Below, piece after piece: positions 62,601-64,000 of a stretch of DNA of 64,000 nt (position 1 is the first letter of the stretch; each line of letters starts with the position of its first letter). This DNA comes from an uncultured Candidatus Bathyarchaeia archaeon. GTDB lineage: Archaea > Thermoproteota > Bathyarchaeia > Bathyarchaeales > Bathyarchaeaceae. The position numbers and the translations under genes were made by a program. The stretch lies in assembly GCA_964623205.1 (NCBI GenBank), contig CAZUQX010000004.1, positions 38,064 through 102,063 of the forward strand, written 5' to 3'. The notes under the pieces are model-generated. The model did no database searches. It was not told where the DNA came from and saw only the letters and a list, made by a program, of their open reading frames with translations.

Positions 62601-63368
62601 CTAAAGTCGGCATTTCTCTAGAATTTTTTCGAAGTTTTCTCTTGTCCGTTCCCCTTTGTAAGCTCGTAACGCCTCTATCAGTTCTTTTTCGTCAATTTTG
62701 CCCAGTTTCATCTTCACTTTCTCTGCAACTTGGCTTCTGAAGAAGAGGTATTGGCAGATTGAGGTGACATTTGAAACTCTTCTGTTGATGCTGGCTGTCT
62801 CAAAATCCACCAGAAACGGATGATCATAGGCGCCAACGAGTATGTGTTTCGGCGCATTGCTCAGCTCTCCATGATCCAAACCAGCCTCATCAAGCCTGTA
62901 ACACTGCTCTAGTACATCATGCAAAACCCTGCGAATACGCAACTGCACATCATTTCCCTTCAAGGATTCGATCCATTGAGGAAAGTGGATTCCTTCAATA
63001 AACTCCATGAGAAGAAAATTCTCGCTAACCTTGAGCAATTGCGGTCCAACCTTGACTGCATTTGCTCTATTCAGCATCTCTCCTTCATGGAACATTCCTT
63101 TCCGGTCGGCATCGACTCTGCGAATTTTCAAGGCGGCTCTCCCCAAGCTCGTGTAGGCTACAACAACGATGCCCACGCAACCTTTACCCAAAACTGGCGT
63201 CTCGAAGACTCTCTTCTCTCCAGTGAATTCCACGGCTCTAACGTTTAGTGTCTCTAACTCTTTGAGGCGTCTCCCCAATTCTTCTTGTTCACATCTTGGA
63301 TAACACAGAACCTGACCGTGTTTCGTTTCACAGAGTTCTTTCAGGGAGACCACTTCACCTGTCTGCAA
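62601..63368 (-). CDS. RIO-like / COG2112-type predicted Ser/Thr protein kinase
   Basis: LGKGCVGIVVVA...ALKIRR (VAIK-like), LDHGELSNAPKHILV (catalytic loop-like), VDFETAS (DFG-like). TTG start. Confidence 0.6.
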   Translation of the reverse strand: MQTGEVVSLKELCETKHGQVLCYPRCEQEELGRRLKELETLNVRAVEFTGEKRVFETPVLGKGCVGIVVVAYTSLGRAALKIRRVDADRKGMFHEGEMLNRANAVKVGPQLLKVSENFLLMEFIEGIHFPQWIESLKGNDVQLRIRRVLHDVLEQCYRLDEAGLDHGELSNAPKHILVGAYDHPFLVDFETASINRRVSNVTSICQYLFFRSQVAEKVKMKLGKIDEKELIEALRAYKGERTRENFEKILEKCRL

Positions 63369-63448
63369 GCCTTCTCACTCAGTAACTAGTTTCTGAGAAC
63401 AGTTATTAAATACTGCAATTTTCATCATTGAATTCAAGGGCAGGCTCT

Positions 63449-64000
63449 ATGACAGTAATTACTTTGCTCTCGGATTTCGGATTAAAGGACCCTTACGTGG
63501 CAGAAATGAAAGCCGTGATTCTCTCCATTAACCCAGAAGCCCGCATCGTAGACATAACTCATGAAGTTGACAAGTTTAACATCCGCATGGGCGCCTTTGT
63601 CCTAGCCTCAGCAGCTCCCTACTTTCCCCATAACACAGTTCATGTAGCAGTCGTTGACCCGGGTGTAGGAACAAAGAGGCGCCCTATAATCGCGGAAACC
63701 AAACGGGGCTTTTATGTGGGTCCAGACAACGGTCTCCTCATGCTGGCTGCCCACAAAGAAGGCATAATCAAGGTTTACCACATCGATAACCCAAAATACA
63801 TGCTATCCAGAGTGTCAAGAACTTTTCATGGAAGGGACATCTTCGCCCCAGCAGCAGCGCATCTAGCAGCTGGAACAAGCCCCTCTGAGTTTGGACCAGC
63901 AATCCAAAACTACGTTCTTCCTGAATTCGCGAAGCCACAAGCGAGAAAGGACGAAGTGGCTGGAGAGGTTCTCCACATAGACGGCTTCGGTAACATCGTC
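63449..64000 (+). CDS. SAM hydroxide adenosyltransferase family (DUF62), 3'-truncated by window edge
   Basis: ITLLSDFGLKDPYVAEMKAVIL...VAVVDPGVGTKRRPI...GPDNGLL...FHGRDIFAPAAAHLA. Confidence 0.8.
   Translation, partial: MTVITLLSDFGLKDPYVAEMKAVILSINPEARIVDITHEVDKFNIRMGAFVLASAAPYFPHNTVHVAVVDPGVGTKRRPIIAETKRGFYVGPDNGLLMLAAHKEGIIKVYHIDNPKYMLSRVSRTFHGRDIFAPAAAHLAAGTSPSEFGPAIQNYVLPEFAKPQARKDEVAGEVLHIDGFGNIV

Overview
Archaeal chromosomal segment. The evidence is archaea-specific r-proteins eS4/eL32/eL19/eL34, RNase P Rpp29 inside the r-protein operon, RtcB, a crenarchaeal-type OB-fold SSB with an RGG tail, TATA-like boxes and many TTG starts. It is probably an uncultured TACK/Thermoproteota-related lineage, which cannot be resolved from sequence alone. 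The window has five blocks. (1) 1-20.3 kb is a cell-envelope/glycosylation island. It holds GT4 and GT2 glycosyltransferases, a tandem GT4-GT4 fusion, a 1367-aa GT-C-like membrane protein with discoidin/beta-sandwich modules, a SAM methyltransferase and a 989-aa secreted, sequon-rich candidate S-layer protein. The island is interrupted by rtcB, a KamA-family radical-SAM gene and ssb. (2) 20.4-31.3 kb is a tightly packed seven-gene minus-strand hdr-like operon: hdrC, hdrB, HdrA with a GltD/NfnB-like insert, a second HdrA, an MvhD-HdrC-HdrB fusion, an HdrA-MvhD fusion and a polyferredoxin. (3) 32.4-40.1 kb is a 7.6-kb integrated element in tRNA-Ala(GGC), bounded by a perfect 45-bp direct repeat that splits an SSV-type integrase gene. 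It carries a primpol/SF3-helicase gene, a DpdA-like TGT-family gene next to queT (with a structured SD-sequestering leader) and an AlbA_2/Schlafen-like two-gene cassette. (4) 40.2-48.6 kb holds tRNA-Val, a PP-loop ATPase, an ABC-2 transporter and P-loop kinase / PHP / APH-like kinase genes. (5) 48.6-61.5 kb is the r-protein operon uL22...uL15-secY-DUF106-eL34-cmk, with an hsp20 insertion and lysine-rich repeat extensions on uS3 and uL5, followed by lipid and kinase genes. The most unusual non-genic signal is a pair of mirrored blocks of extreme strand composition: the plus strand is A+C-rich at about 11.7-13.8 kb and G+T-rich at about 17.3-19.6 kb. Both blocks ignore gene boundaries and orientation. 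All calls come from reading motifs by eye; no database search was run.
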